A stretch of DNA of 64,000 bases, taken from assembly GCF_006345805.1 (NCBI RefSeq), contig NC_042997.1:184078001-184142000 (forward strand), given 5' to 3'. The notes beneath the pieces were generated by a model. That model was not told the DNA's origin. It worked only from the letters and a program-made list of their open reading frames with translations, and searched no databases. Made by a program: the position numbers and the translations under genes. The DNA is from Octopus sinensis (taxonomy: Eukaryota). This document shows positions 63,770 through 64,000 of this stretch, in pieces; the first letter of the stretch is position 1; every line of letters starts with the position of its first letter.

Positions 63770-63969
63770 CGTCAACCCAGTAGGAAATTTCTACTCTTCT
63801 CCTCTGGAAGCCATCTACTCGCGATACCAGAGGGCGCACGCTCTCCTACCCTGATGTAATACAGGCATCCAGCAACAGGACCTCCGTAATGCTATGATGG
63901 ACCGTGAAGTCTGGCGTAGCATGGTAAATTCCATTGTCTCGACCACGGTCGAACAATGATGATGATGAC
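63770..63969 (+). mobile_element. RTE-like LINE 3' end with (TGA)n tail
   Basis: ISTLLLWKP...RGR...YPDVI..GI...DL.NAMMDRE.WRSMV.....* followed by TGATGATGATGA. Confidence 0.7.
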
Positions 63970-64000
63970 AGTTTAATCTTCGGTTTTTATATAAAATTGT

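Overview
AT-rich, very repeat-dense eukaryotic DNA with no intact protein-coding gene, rRNA, tRNA gene or CRISPR array that I can support. The repeat content resembles a coleoid cephalopod (Octopus-like) intron or intergenic region. That assignment is my inference from recalled SINE families and microsatellite load, not a database result. The window holds several tRNA-headed SINE families (dozens of copies) and decayed LINE fragments (RTE, CR1, R4/Dong-like, Penelope). It also holds Tc1/mariner and hAT transposase remnants, three non-autonomous Helitrons, several MITE/foldback elements, and long micro- and minisatellites. Almost every ORF in the supplied track is a repeat or microsatellite artefact; the recognisable ones are transposon remnants. 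The most notable structures are: (1) a 29-unit satellite at 18.0-20.8 kb with higher-order periodicity, apparently derived from the 3' end of a dispersed repeat; (2) SINE multimers joined at one recurrent GGTATT junction, each flanked by a single target-site duplication (TSD); (3) hammerhead-ribozyme-like motifs; (4) GG-terminated MITEs with 8-bp TSDs, one with a 44-bp duplication instead; (5) long near-perfect hairpins; (6) weak splice-signal hints of a minus-strand gene. All coordinates were read by eye and may be off by a few bases.
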